NCBI GenBank assembly: GCA_002269645.1
Contig: NIVC01001389.1
Coordinates: 1-64,000, forward strand
Source of the DNA: Macrostomum lignano
Taxonomy: Eukaryota
DNA: 64,000 nt
Direction: 5' to 3'
The notes under the pieces were generated by a model that saw nothing but the letters and a program-made list of their open reading frames with translations, had not been told where the DNA came from and did not search any database. Position numbers and translations under genes: made by a program. This document shows positions 13,081 through 32,403 of the stretch, in pieces. The first letter of the stretch is position 1; each line of letters starts with the position of its first letter.

Positions 13081-13629
13081 AATCGGACTGCATTTGCGGA
13101 CCCTTAAAAATCCCTTACAAGCCTTTAATTTGGCTACAAACTTTCAGTCATACGAGCCAAAATTAGAAATTAAAAATAAAATAATGTTTAAAACAATTAA
13201 TTTTCACAATTTAATAGTAAGGTAAGCTTCCATTGAACTACAGGCAAGCACAGAATGAATTATGAAGCTGTCAGCCCATCCAATACCAAGCTAAACAGCT
13301 CCTGTCCAGTTCCACTGTACACTTGGCTGCGTACACAGGAGGAGTGAATGTACACTGCCTGTCTTCTCTTCTTATTCGTAGCCTCCGCCCGCCCTGTTCT
13401 CTCCTCTCGGTCGTCCTCAGGCCTTTCTCACCCCAGCCCCACAACCCACAGCTCCGTTGCCATTGGCAACGCTATGAGGCAGGCGGCTCAGCGTACAGCA
13501 GAGAGGACAGAGGTAGGTATGGAGGCATAACTAATGAAAGAGTGTAAAGGAGAGTCGCAGGAATGCGCAGGCTTTGAATAACTAACTAGTTTGAGAAGTC
13601 TGTCAAGAAGGAGCAGATAATTGACGCAA

Positions 13630-16600
13630 ATGCTTGATCGGCATCGAATCATTGGCCTGCTGCGGCTGCTGCTGCTGCTTCTTCCGCTTCCGGCTGTGCT
13701 GGCCCAGTCGGAGACGCAGCTGCTCGACCCGCAGTACTACAACATCGCCCCGTGCCCCTGCGACCTGCAGCCCAGCACCTGCGACGTCGGCTGCTGCTGC
13801 GACACGGCCTGCACGGACAACGATAAGACCCTCTTCGACTGCGCTCAGGGCTTCTACGGCGGAAACACCAGCTCCCTCGAGCTGTACAGGAGGTGCAACT
13901 CAACTGACAGCGGTAATCCGGATTACCACCCCTTCACCTGCGTGCTGATCGAGAATTACAATGCCTACCTGGGCCGGTATTTCACGGTGCAGACCATCGC
14001 CACCGACTGGCAGGCGAAGAGGAGCAGCGGCTCCGCTGCGAGCCTGGCCGGCCAGTTTCCCGTGCAGACCATCCTGGGACTGCAGGTGCGTGGTTCGCGC
14101 TCCGAATCTCATGAAGATGTATTAGAGATTGCTCTGAGATTGGAATGCATAGTGCACTACCGATTGTATTTTTGATATTCAAAATTTCAATTGTTTGTCT
14201 ACTTTGTCTGTAAATCTCGAATGTGTCTGTATAGATCTCGAATGTGTCTGTATAGATCTCGAATGTTTCTGTATAGATCTCGAATGTTTCTGTATAGATC
14301 TCGAATGTTTCTGTATAGATCTCGAATGTGTCTGTATAGATCTCGAATATTCTGTATAGATCTCGAGTGTGTCTATAGATACTATATACGATATCAATAG
14401 ACTGTCTGTAGATACCTAGCGACTGTCTGTAGATACCTAGCGACTGTCTGTAGATACCTAGCGACTGTCTGTAGATACCTAGCGACTGTCTGTAGATACC
14501 TAGCGACTGTCTGTAGATACCTAGCGACTGTCTGTAGATACCTAGCGACTGTCTGTAGATACCTAGCGACTGTCTGTAGATACCTAGCGACTGTCTGTAG
14601 ATACCTAGCGACTGTCTGTAGATACCTAGCGACTGTCTGTAGATACCTAGCGACTGTCTGTAGATTCATTCACCAGCACGTTCATCCGCCGCGGTTTCCA
14701 GGAATCGTCACCAGCCACTGAGCAGCGCGCCGGCCTGCTGCTGCTGGAGGTGCCGGGCGGCGTCAACCCGACCTGGTTGAACTCCGGCAAGGCCGCCAAC
14801 AACCGCCTGGCCCTGCCGCAGCGGAGCCTCGCTGGCGGCTGCGACCGCAGCGCCGGAATCGCCTACCTGCAGGACTCTTCGGACAGCTGCGACGTTACGG
14901 TGTCGGCCGCCGTCTGTCAGGGCGGCGTGGCCTCGCCAATCGATGCAAACATCTTCGCCATCGCCTGCGCTGGCGGCAGCGCCTCCTGCAGCGTGTCGGT
15001 GCGCACAAACAGGTCGGCCTCCGCCCAGTCGGTGCCGGTCACCGTCACCTACCTGACTCTCAGCTCTGCCGTCGGCTATCAGAAAGGCCTGAGGGGCTCA
15101 AGTCCCACGACCTCGCCTGGCAGTCTGGCGCCGCCCAGCCAGACCGGCACCACCTGCAACAACGCCGTTCTGGACGTCCAGTACCGCTTCGTGTGGAGCG
15201 GCAGCAGCATCGTCAGCCTGACGGCCACCATCTACATGGCGGACGTGACTGTCGACTCGACTGTGTCGCAAAAGTTTAGCGTCACTTTTGTGCACCAATC
15301 GGCAGCGTCGTTGGCAACGGTTACTAAGCGCTCGGGACTGGTAGGATACGACACGGGGCGCCGCTGATCGGTGGAGTTCGCGGCTCCAGCGGCCCGGTGA
15401 GCCGCCGACTGACCAGCTTTGGGGTTTCTTCTGGGTAGCTGGATGAACAGGCAGCTTGCCTGGTGCAGAGAGTTGTCTCTGATCTGTGGATGATCTGTGA
15501 GCCTCAAGGTTCAGAGAGTTGTCTCTGATCTGTGAAGCGTCAGTGACCTCAAGGTTCGGAGAGTTGTCTCTGATCTGTGAAGCGTCAGTGACCTCAAGCC
15601 TCAAGGTTCAGAGAGTTGTCTTTGATCTGTGAAGCGTCAGTGACCTCAAGCCTCAAGGTTCAGAGAGTTGTCTCTGATCTGTGAAGCGTCAGTGACCTCA
15701 AGGTTCGGAGAGTTGTCTCTGATCTGTGAAGCGTCACTGACCTCAATCCTCAAGGTTCAGAGAGTTGTCTCTGATCTGTGGATAATCAGTGAGCCTCAAG
15801 GTTCAGAGAGTTGTCTCTGATCTGTGATGCGTCAGTGAGCCTTAAGGTTCAGAGAGTTGTCTCTGATCTGTGGATGATCAGTGAGCCTCAAGGTTCAGAG
15901 AGTTGTCTCTGATTTGTGAAAAGTCAGTGAATACAGTCTTCGCAGAATTCAGGTTTAATACAGCATTTTGGTTGATTCAATCTAGGAGGTTTTAGGCAGA
16001 ACACGCCACAAGTAGTTTTACAGTCGGTTCACACCTGCTGAACTCCCGCAGGTGAACGCCAGCTCCAGCTATTGGCCAACCCTGTGGCGGGCGACCTCAG
16101 GCGGAGCATGTCCCGCTGCCGGAGCCACCGGCGGCGACCCGGTGCTCTTCCAGTTCGACGCGACTTCCTACTGCACCGAGACGGTGTCGAACTTTACCGA
16201 CTGCTTCAGCCTTCGGCAGCAGCTGCAGGCCCGGCTGAGGCAGCAGTTCTCAGCCGGGGTCATCGGAGTGTTCGGCAGTGCCAACACCACCACCGCCAAC
16301 GACTGGGTGAGCGCGCTGACCTTTGCGACAGGGACACAGGCTCTGGGGTTGGGTCACTACCATAGCCGTCACACCATCGGGTAGTGAAATGAGTTTCCCA
16401 TGAAGACCCTTTCGCAATCGCAGGTGAACATCCTGGAGCAGAACCTCACCGACTACACGGGTCTGGACTTTGCCATCAGCAACAACAACGTGACCCCGCT
16501 TGGACCGAGATGCCGGACCTGTGCCTCGGCCTGCCCACCGAGATCGTGCTGTCGGTGCTGTACGCCCAGCAGGGCAAGGCAAACGACTCCAGCATCTGGC

Positions 16601-16917
16601 AGGTGGTGGGCGCCTACTTGAGCTACAAGCAGGTGCACGTGGCCGCCACCTGCGGGCCGACTGGCTGCAGCGGCACCCAGCTGCTGCTGTCCACCGGAGT
16701 GAAGTTCGTCCGCGTGCCGCCGGACTGGGCGGACAACAGCCAGGCCGGCCTCGGCCCGTACAAGACGCCCTGCTGGTGGGGCATCTGCTGGGACGAGCTG
16801 GCCTTCCCGCTCACCACCGACTTTGAGGGCGACAGTCGGGCGTCGAGCATCGCCTGGGTGCTGTTCATCGTGCTGGTCGCGGTGTACGCCTTCTGCATTT
16901 CCCGGCCCTGGTGGTAG
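13630..16917 (+). CDS. TCTN: Tectonic-family ciliary transition-zone protein (signal peptide, Cys-rich DUF1619 region, C-terminal TM)
   Basis: Exons 13630-14085, 14702-15396, 16052-16306, 16424-16917, all GT-AG, phase 0. Motifs: signal peptide LLLLLLPLPAVLA; IAPCPCDLQPSTCDVGCCCDTAC; KRSGLVGY; PVLFQF; FGSAN...DW|VNI; C-terminal IAWVLFIVLVAVYAF. Needs two 1-nt corrections (about 15357 and 16507). Possible 5'UTR exon at 13382-13510. Confidence 0.88.
14213..14663. repeat. Two abutting 21-bp minisatellites in tectonic intron 1 (gtatagatctcgaatgtgtct; gtagatacctagcgactgtct)
   Basis: Direct tandem copies; unit switches near 14390-14400. Confidence 0.95.
15465..15925. repeat. About 46-53-bp minisatellite in tectonic intron 2
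   Basis: Repeated agagttgtctctgatctgtg...cctcaaggttc units. Confidence 0.92.
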
Positions 16918-16947
16918 CTGCCGCCCAGACTGCTGAGCGCGTGCACA

Positions 16948-17540
16948 GTGAACACAACGATGCGGTCCAGCGTCTGTCTGATACCCACCCACCCGAACAC
17001 AATGATGCGGTCCAGTGTTTGTCTGATACCCACCTACTCGAACACAATGATGCGGTCCAGTGTTTGTCTGATACCCACCCACCCGAACACAATGATGCGG
17101 TCCAGTGTTTGTCTGATACCCACCCACCCGAACACAATGATGCGGTCCAGTGTTTGTCTGATACCCACCCACCCGAACACAATGATGCGGTCCAGTGTTT
17201 GTCTGATACCCACCCACCCGAACACAATGATGCGGTCCAGTGCCTGTCTGATAGAATACCCACCCACCCGAACACAATGATGCGGTCCAGTGCCTGTCTG
17301 ATAGAATACCCACCCACCCGAACACAATGATGCGGTCCAGTGTTTGTCTGATACCCACCCACCCGAACACAATGATGCGGTCCAGTGCGTCTGATAGAAT
17401 ACCCACCCACCCGAACACAATGATGCGGTCCAGTGCCTGTCTGATAGAATACCCACCCACCCGAACACAATGATGCGGTCCAGTGTTTGTCTGATACCCA
17501 CCCACCCGAACACAATGATGCGGTCCAGCGTCTGTCTGAT
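16948..17540. repeat. About 45-50-bp minisatellite just 3' of the tectonic stop
   Basis: gaacacaatgatgcggtccagtgtttgtctgatacccacccaccc units with length variants. Confidence 0.93.
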
Positions 17541-17959
17541 AGATAAAAAATGCTAATTTTCGAATCACTGGCAGAGCCAACTAGTATATAATGTTTACAA
17601 AAATTATATCATTACTATATCCATTCCTGCGCTACGTTTCAAGGTATTAAGTGTTCTTACGTGATGAGTGCTAAATATGCACTTTAGTTAAGAGACACTG
17701 TACTTTAGTTAGAATTTTATAATCCTTTTTGGGTTTTTTTCTATTTATTTGTTGCGTCTGTGTCTGCAGCGAGCTGTTGGTTGGGAAACTGCCAGCTCTG
17801 CCTCTGCAGGCTCATTTCGCAGTTGTAAAGTACACACCGAATTGAACAGCAACTGTGCCAAGTGTCAGGGTAGGGTTCTGCTTTTGCAAAGACAATGGGG
17901 AACCGTTTTAGTTGGGAAATTTATATATTAAGCTATAAACCTGAGTGCGTTTTGTGGCT

Positions 17960-18485
17960 CGAGTGGACACCCTCTCCTAGATCTCCAGGTTGTGGACACC
18001 CTCTTCTAGATCTCCAGGTTCGAGTGGACACCCTCTCCTAGATATTCGGGCTCGAGTGGACACCCTCTCCTAGATCTTCGGGCTCGAGTGGACACCCTCT
18101 CCTAGATCTTCGGGCTCGAGTGGACACCCTCTCCTAGATCTTCGGGCTCGAGTGGACACCCTCTCCTAGATATTCGGGCTCGAGTGGACACCCTCTCCTA
18201 GATCTTCGGGCTCGAGTGGACACCCTCTCCTAGATCTTCGGGCTCGAGTGGACACCCTCTCCTAGATCTTCGGGCTCGAGTGGACACCCTCTCCTAGATC
18301 TTCGGACTCGAGTGGACACCCTCTCCTAGATCTTCGGGCTCGAGTGGACACCCTCTCCTAGATCTTCGGGCTCGAGTGGACACCCTCTCCTAGATCTTCG
18401 GGCTCGAGTGGACACCCTCTCCTAGATCTTCGGGCTCGAGTGGACACCCTCTCCTAGATCTTCGGGCTCGAGTGAACACCCTCTT
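17960..18485. repeat. 32-bp minisatellite
   Basis: gagtggacaccctctcctagatcttcgggctc tandem; period checked at 18061 vs 18093. Confidence 0.95.
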
Positions 18486-18640
18486 AATCTACACAATCAG
18501 AAGGGAGTGCAGCAAGCAGAAGTGCAGAGAAAAACCAGTGTCACCTGAGGCAGCAGCCGCAGTTTGAATTACAACAGAAAAACAGGATTTTCAGTCTCTG
18601 GCGCATCTCAGGAAAGTGCAAACTGGGAGCGCGAAGCGCC

Positions 18641-25849
<7,209 letters not shown>

Positions 25850-25958
25850 GCTGCTGATAGTGCTGCTTCCGTAGCTCAATGCTGCTCTTCGCTCGGGTTT
25901 TCCCTGTCACTTTTTAACCCGCGCGTTGCAAAGCTGGCCTGATTGGCCCGCTAATTAC

Positions 25959-26007
25959 CTGAGCATCTATTGGTCGCAGCAGCCAGTCAGCAGCAGCAGA
26001 AACAGGG
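25959..26007 (-). other. Putative non-coding first exon of the sGC, starting at a 3' splice site
   Basis: Minus strand: ttttttttctgtttcaaccgaatgacacgctgcag| 49 nt |gtaattag. Next acceptor is CAGCAG directly before the ATG at 25849. Confidence 0.5.
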
Positions 26008-26508
26008 CTGCAGCGTGTCATTCGGTTGAAACAGAAAAAAAACTGATTTGAAAATTGAGCCAGCCGGAGCTCATTAATTTTCCCGCCAGCAGCCAGCATG
26101 GAAACGGCGACAGGAAATCGAGGAAGCGGAAAGCTGGATTTTAATTGCAGCAGTGAGTACCCTCTCAATTCACGGACAAGCAGCCCTTCCCAGGCCGCAA
26201 CAAACAAACCAAGACTTCTGATCGACTGCCTGCATAGCTTTGATAAATTAGCCAATGCGGGTTAAATGTTCAAGTATAATCGATTTATTTAGTTATACTA
26301 CTCGAACCATCTTCAATGATGGCTAGCAGGTAACTGTTGCATGCAGCACTGTATGACTCAAAGGTTATTAAAGGCAAAAGCTTACGAAATAAAATCGCCT
26401 GATTCGAATGCAGGTCTAGAATTGTGTCCTATACTACGTGTAGCTAAAATGCGAGCCGTGTTCCTAGAGTTTTCCATCCGACAGTCGAGTCCAAGCTGCA
26501 GCCGGGCA

Positions 26509-29240
26509 TCACTTCTTGTCCCCGCTCTCCGCCGCCTCGGTGGGATATTTCTCCCGGAAGTAGGCCCGGCTGGCCTCCGGGTCGGGCGCCAGGCCGGCGT
26601 CCCCCGAGTTCCAGTCGGCCGGGCAGACCTCGCCGTGCTCGTCGGTGAACCGGAAGGCCGTCAGCTGGCGGTACAGCTCGCCGACGCTGCGGGACACCTG
26701 CGGGCAGGCGATGAAGGGTGCCCGAGGGTCAGGGTGCACCGACCCGCATCCGGGATACATTTCCCATTCTTGGTTCGGCAAGTCCCCATGCAGATAAAAT
26801 CCGCCAATCAAGGCGAACCACGAACTCTCACAATCGCACGAGCTGTCTGCAATTTCCTTGGGTAGCCGATCAACCTTCAAGTAGCCCCGGCCAATTTAAT
26901 AGATTAATCATTTAACAACAATGAATGACTGAGGCCACTGATGAACCGTTCGATTTGGCAAATTAATGCAAATTTAGCGAGTCTTATAGAAACAGAGAAC
27001 GCTCGGGTGCCCACGCAAGATGAAGCTTGAAGCGACGAGCCATGCAATGCACTGAGGGAGGCCCTGCAATATCAGCAAATCCGAGACAACGGAAGCCTAA
27101 TCAAGCAGAGCAGGAAGAGTTACCTAGGCTACGGGGTTGTAGCCTAGTCGTTAGAGCATTGGACTCACGATTGAAGGGTCGGGGGTTCGATTCCCAATCC
27201 CACTGGAACAATTTGTGTCCTTGCATTTAACTCTGCATTGCTTCAGTTCACCCAGCGGTAGAATGGGTGCCAGCATAAGCTGGGGTAATTGAGGATGTGT
27301 GTGGCGACCCTCTAATCTGTGGACTGAACAGCCGCACGCAGCCTTCAGATGCGCCGCGCGCTAGCTGCGGCTGAGCTGTCGGTTGCACATCTGGCCATTA
27401 GGGCAGGCGTAATTATTGATAATAATAATTATTCCTAAATAAATGTACTCCTTCATCTACATTCAAGAGTTGGCAATAGTTCACAAAACATATTTTTTAA
27501 TTCTGCCAAAGCATTTACTCGTACCAGCAAACAGTGCAAGTCGTAAATAACATATTTTTTCGGCAAGTGCAAAAAATATATGAATCATTTTTTATTCTGC
27601 GCAGAGACAAAGTCGGTGAGATCAAAAGCACCAATGGCTCTAATGCAGTGATCGCCGTCAGGCATTTTCCCGAAATTCAAGAGAGCTGCAGCGGCCTGAA
27701 GCTGCAACTCAAAGGCCTCTGTTTGTTTTGCTGATACTGGACAGACTGCAAAACCTTGCGGACAAAAGCTGCCATATCCGATTGCAGAAAACTATACGGG
27801 TCAACAACTGACGGATAGGCGTTCCGCTTGAGCTTGGAGCAATTTATACAGAAGGCTGGGTAAACACAGGCGTTTATGGCCTTTCAAATGCCAAAGCATT
27901 GCTTCAAGACTGCGCGCAACCTTGAAAACGGAAAATAAAAAGCCCCACAAAGTCTCCTTGCGAAAGAGTGTAATCATGCCAAGAAAGTGCTGCGTTGCAG
28001 GATGCAGCCCTAATTATGTCATCAAAGAAAGGTGCATGCATTGTCTTATGTCTTCCCGAAAGAGGCCAAATGGCCCGGCCGACGCAAGTTACGTAAATAG
28101 CCCAAGCCGACTGTCTGACCGTTTGAAAGCAGCTTCTGCTCGCCCCGTTTCTATAAAAAGCTGCCGATTTTGTTTGTCGTAACGTTTGAATGAATAAACT
28201 TGTTAACGTGACAGCATTCAGCTTCAGTTTAACTTTATTGTCAGCCTGGATGCATCAGTGATGTCTTACATGAAAGTCCAGGCCTCGAGATAAAAAATTA
28301 CACAAGACGTCATGCACTCGTGGCTGGTCACCCCAAAGCACCTTTTAACTGAATCTGGATGAAAATTGGCCATGCAGTTTCTTTCCTCTTCTGGAGCGCT
28401 GATTGGCTGAATGGAAACTGCCCACTGTACATGTTCGCATAAGCTCCGGTTTCCTTTCTACCCTCCGCTCCACCAACTCTGAGCGTAAACGACCGTTTAC
28501 CGTATTTGGGACCCTGAGCTCTGTTCTTAATCTTACGTTTTTTTTTCAGTTTTGCAAGCGTCCCTGCTAATTCCCAGGGCCCCTTCCCTGAATGTCCGCC
28601 TCTGCTAAGTATGGAGAGTAGCTACAACCTTCGAGTTACTGGAGCCCAAGTTCAGTGGCGCTCTTGTGCAAGCATAAAAGTCTCAAACTTTCGTCCGCAA
28701 AGTAGCTCCCAAGCCCCTCACCATGGCATCGTTGATGGTGAGCTGGCGCACCACCCCCTTGTCGTCAAGAATGACGTGGGCTCGGTGCAGCAGCTCCGCC
28801 TTGGCGTTCCACACACCGGCGAAGTGGCAGCTGAACCGGCCGGCGCCATCGCAGATGACGGGGAACGGCAGTTCCTGCAGGCCGCCGCGGCTGGCCGGCG
28901 TGTCCATCCAGCGCTGCACCTGGTCGACGCTGGCGTCCACCACGCCGACAACGTAAGTCTTGTGCTGATCGTGCAGCTCCTTGACCATGTCCGCTGAGAC
29001 GGCGTGAAACTCATCGAAAAGGTCGCTGCCAGAGTCGGACAGGCGGTCGACGGCCGGGCCGTGGGTCGGCAGGAACAGCAGCAGGAGGTAGCTGTGCGAC
29101 AGGCGGTAGGTGCGAAGGCTCACCTCCTGGAGACTGCCGCCGGCAACCGCCACTGCGGTGGCGTCTTCCGGGGCGACTTGGCCAACCGAGACGGGCTGGC
29201 TGGAGCTGCTGCTGGCCGGTTTGCGATAATTCGACGACAT
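26509..29240 (-). CDS. Peroxiredoxin-like protein (Prx1/AhpC fold, about 235 aa) lacking the peroxidatic cysteine
   Basis: Exons 29240-28722 and 26697-26509, phase 0, joined as ...RQLTINDAM|VSRSVGELYRQLTAFRFTDEHGEVCPADW... Prx1 landmarks: VGQVAP, YLLLLFLP, WMDTPASRGGL, RAHVILDDKGVVRQLTIND, HGEVCPADW. Open frame with no lesions. Confidence 0.9.
27133..27360 (+). mobile_element. tRNA-derived SINE, copy 1 (inside the Prx-like intron)
   Basis: A box tagcctagtcg, B box ggttcgattccc, body tgtgtccttg...cacccagcggtagaatgggtgccagc. Matches the reverse complement of 55960-56179. Confidence 0.85.
27976..28100 (+). mobile_element. THAP-domain N-terminal remnant (possible P-like transposase relic)
   Basis: MPRKCCVAGCSPNY resembles the THAP start; similarity is lost afterwards. 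Confidence 0.4.
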
Positions 29241-29789
29241 TTTTGTAACTTGAATTACAAATTTACGAATGCCGTAGTGTACGTGCTGTTGTGTAGTCAC
29301 CAGGACTTGCGAGTGTGATCTGTCAGGATATATGCACTTGTAGGTCCTGGTGGCAATTGGCACAAATCCCGAGTCTATGGCCCAAGTAAACTTACCGCTT
29401 TGAAAGTACTTTTTTACGCAGCGAAAGGCAAGCAGAGCAAAAAATGTGATCACGATGTCACGCGCGAGCCTATCTAAACAATCTATTTTTGAGTTAAACT
29501 GATGAGCTGCACTTTCTACCGCAGCGAGTCGGCACGCACAATGTTACAGTTGTGCCATACCTCGACAACAGTTATTATATAAATAATGTGATGGTAAAGC
29601 TGAGACAAGATGTTTTGGAAGGCTTCCACGCTATCGTGATGCAGAATATTTTTGTTAGGATCAAAGGGAAGAAGAGTGATGGAATTAATTACAGTCTAGA
29701 TTTTCAGCCTCGAAGAAGCGTAGAGCATCGGCAGGTCGGTCGGGAATAGAAATAATTGCTGCATGCAATTCAAGGCAGCAAAAGAAGAT

Positions 29790-29930
29790 CTGTGTTAATC
29801 AAGCTTCCTTTTGCGAGCGTGATAACCAGACCCAATTTGGCAAAATTGTTCGAGGCTGTGTTGCTTTTGGTGTCAAAAAGCATCCTGAGTATGTCTTGAT
29901 GAACGCGGCATTTAAATCTAATTGATGATA
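29790..29930 (-). mobile_element. Possible hAT transposase dimerisation-domain remnant
   Basis: DILRMLF...TASNNFAKLGLVITLAKGSL weakly resembles ...TASAERSFSKLKLIKTYLRST. Confidence 0.3.
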
Positions 29931-31271
29931 AGTGAATGAATAATTGAATCGATATTTCTTGGTTTTTTTCATTGCATGCGGAGGCATCGCCACCGGGAGG
30001 GGGGCGCAGGGTCCCCCAGTAAAAGAAATGGAGGGACAAGACAATGCTTTAGACATTTAGACATTTCTTGGGTACAATTTTGAAATGCTCATAACTTTTG
30101 GCAGGTACATTGGTATTGCTGTGAAATTTTATGCTTCAAATAAAAACCAGCGTGAAAGAGAATGTGGGTAAAGTTTTAACTTATTTAAACAATCCTGCTG
30201 TTCACGGTGAACAGAGTCCGGGAAACTGTTTTTCAAATTTTAGCACGGAAAAAGTCCGAGAGTCAATAAGGACTTGGTGTCAATCAACAACAGGATGAAC
30301 ACTGGCTAATGATCACGCACTTATTTCGCTTTAATTACTGCATGATCGACAGCTGAGTTAGTTGCATGCCGCATGACGCAGAACAACATCGGTACTGCGA
30401 AGACAAAAAATCGATCTCAAACTCAAGCTCAGTAGGAGGTCAATCGATCTCAGTAAACACCCTTATAAAAGGATGCTGTGTACCGACTAGCCGACCAGCA
30501 GCTCCTTCGGGAGCGGATGCATTTGCGGACTGGGGCAGGGATTGTACCGACCGATTCACTGCAGCTTTAATCCACTGTAGCAATCCAAGCAAGATGTGCA
30601 CAAAAGGACGAAGCTAATTTCCTGTTGGTGCAGCTTTAATTCGCTATAATAAAACATTGAGTTGTCCATTGGTGTAATAAAAGTAAGAGTATATTCGCCT
30701 CAATGGCACAGGACGAAGTCCGGGCTGCACAGCCTTACACAGGATGCACTTCTGCGCCGATAATTCTTGTTGACAGTGTCAGAGTGGGCGTTGCACACCT
30801 ACGCATTAGGGGTTGGCCCTCTGCAGCAGCGGGAATCGGATAGGCCCCAGGCGATGTCTCCAAGCTTGTATCAAACGAAGAATCCTCTACGAGGAAATTA
30901 CTCGTAGGAAAACGGAGCCTAAAGAATTTGTGGACAGGCAAGGCGATGATGGATAACGGGCATGCAGGAAAGTACTGAGCAAACTAAGGATTATCGCGGC
31001 ATGTTAAGCTGAGTGACACGTTTGATATTAGGAAGCCTTCTTAATTACCCGAACCAATTTACAAGCGATCTTATCAGAACTACCCTTATTTAAACATTTC
31101 GAGTTTAATTGCAGAATCAGATCAAGGCTGCACTGCCTTACTATAAGCAGTATGAGGCGGTCGATGTTAGTCAACGATTTTAAATCTACACTGTCTCGAA
31201 TGGCTCATGCTTTGTAAGTACATCATATTCTCATGGCGCATTAGGGGGCATCCTTCCAGTGTCGTCATGAC

Positions 31272-32065
31272 CCGATTACGGGCGATTCTTCTGATGTTCT
31301 CGTGGCGGATTACGGGCGATTCTTCTGATGTTCTCGTGGCGGATTACGGGCGATTCTTCTGATGTTCTCGTGGCGGATTAGGGGGGGGGTTCTTCTGATG
31401 TTCTCGTGGCGGATTAGGGTGATTCTTCTGATGTTCTCATGGCGGATTAGGGGCGACTCTTCTGATGTTCTCGTGGCGGATTAGGGGCGATTCTTCTGAT
31501 GTTCTCGTGGCGGATTAGGGTGATTCTTCTGATGTTCTCATGGCGGATTAGGGGCGATTCTTCTGATGTTCTCGTGGCGGATTACGGGCGATTCTTCTGA
31601 TGTTCTCATGGCGGATTAGGAGCGATTCTTCTGATGTTCTCGTGGCGGATTAGGGTGATTCTTCTGATGTGCTCATGGCGGATTAGGGGCGATTCTTCTG
31701 ATGTTCTCGTGGCGGATTAGGGCGATTCTTCTGATGTTCTCATGGCGGATTAGGGGCGATTCTTTTGATGTTCTCGTGGCGGATTACGGGCGATTCTTCT
31801 GATGTTCTCATGGCGGATTAGGAGCGATTCTTCTGATGTTCTCGTGGCGGATTAGGGTGATTCTTCTGATGTTCTCATGGCGGATTAGGGGCGATTCTTC
31901 TGATGTTCTCGTGGCGGATTAGGGGCGATTCTTCTGATGTTCTCGTGGCGGATTAGGGGCGATTCTTCTGATGTTCTCATGGCGGATTAGGGGCGATTCT
32001 TCTGATGTTCTCATGGCGGATTAGGGGCGATTCTTTTGATGTTCTCGTGGCGGATTAGGGGCGAT
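31272..32065. repeat. 34-bp minisatellite between RPL19 and the Prx-like gene
   Basis: gggcgattcttctgatgttctcgtggcggatta(c/g) tandem; period checked at 31280 vs 31314. Confidence 0.96.
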
Positions 32066-32403
32066 TTTTTGTTCTCATAACGGATTCGAGACAATCATTT
32101 GCTACTTTCAGGGTATAAAAGGGTATCCTTTCAATGTTCAAATTAAGGATTAAGGGCAGTTCTCAGCGGACTTTACTTAGGTGACTTGACTTGAAGTTGA
32201 GCCAACGCAAAGGAAAATCAATGAAATCAGCAACATCAAAACACGGAGAACAGAAAAAGTATTTCCAGTGAAAGCAACAGCCAAGTGAAACATGGGGCTT
32301 CAGCCAATTAGCATTCAATTATATTGTCCTAACAATTCCAGTCCTGCAAGTTCAGGTGCGGTCTCAGTGAACGCGCACCAAAAGTTGATTGATTTGAACA
32401 AAT

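Noticed and set aside
16453-17580. 375-aa and other overlapping ORFs 3' of tectonic
   Set aside because: Products of the 45-50-bp minisatellite and antisense tectonic codons.
28683-29453. 256-aa single-exon ORF as the whole Prx gene
   Set aside because: The upstream extension is non-homologous and the C-terminal Prx segment lies in a separate exon at 26697-26509; the spliced model fits better.
31272-32065. CRISPR-like regular repeats (also 17960-18485, 61195-61632)
   Set aside because: Head-to-tail units with no unique spacers, no cas genes, eukaryotic context.
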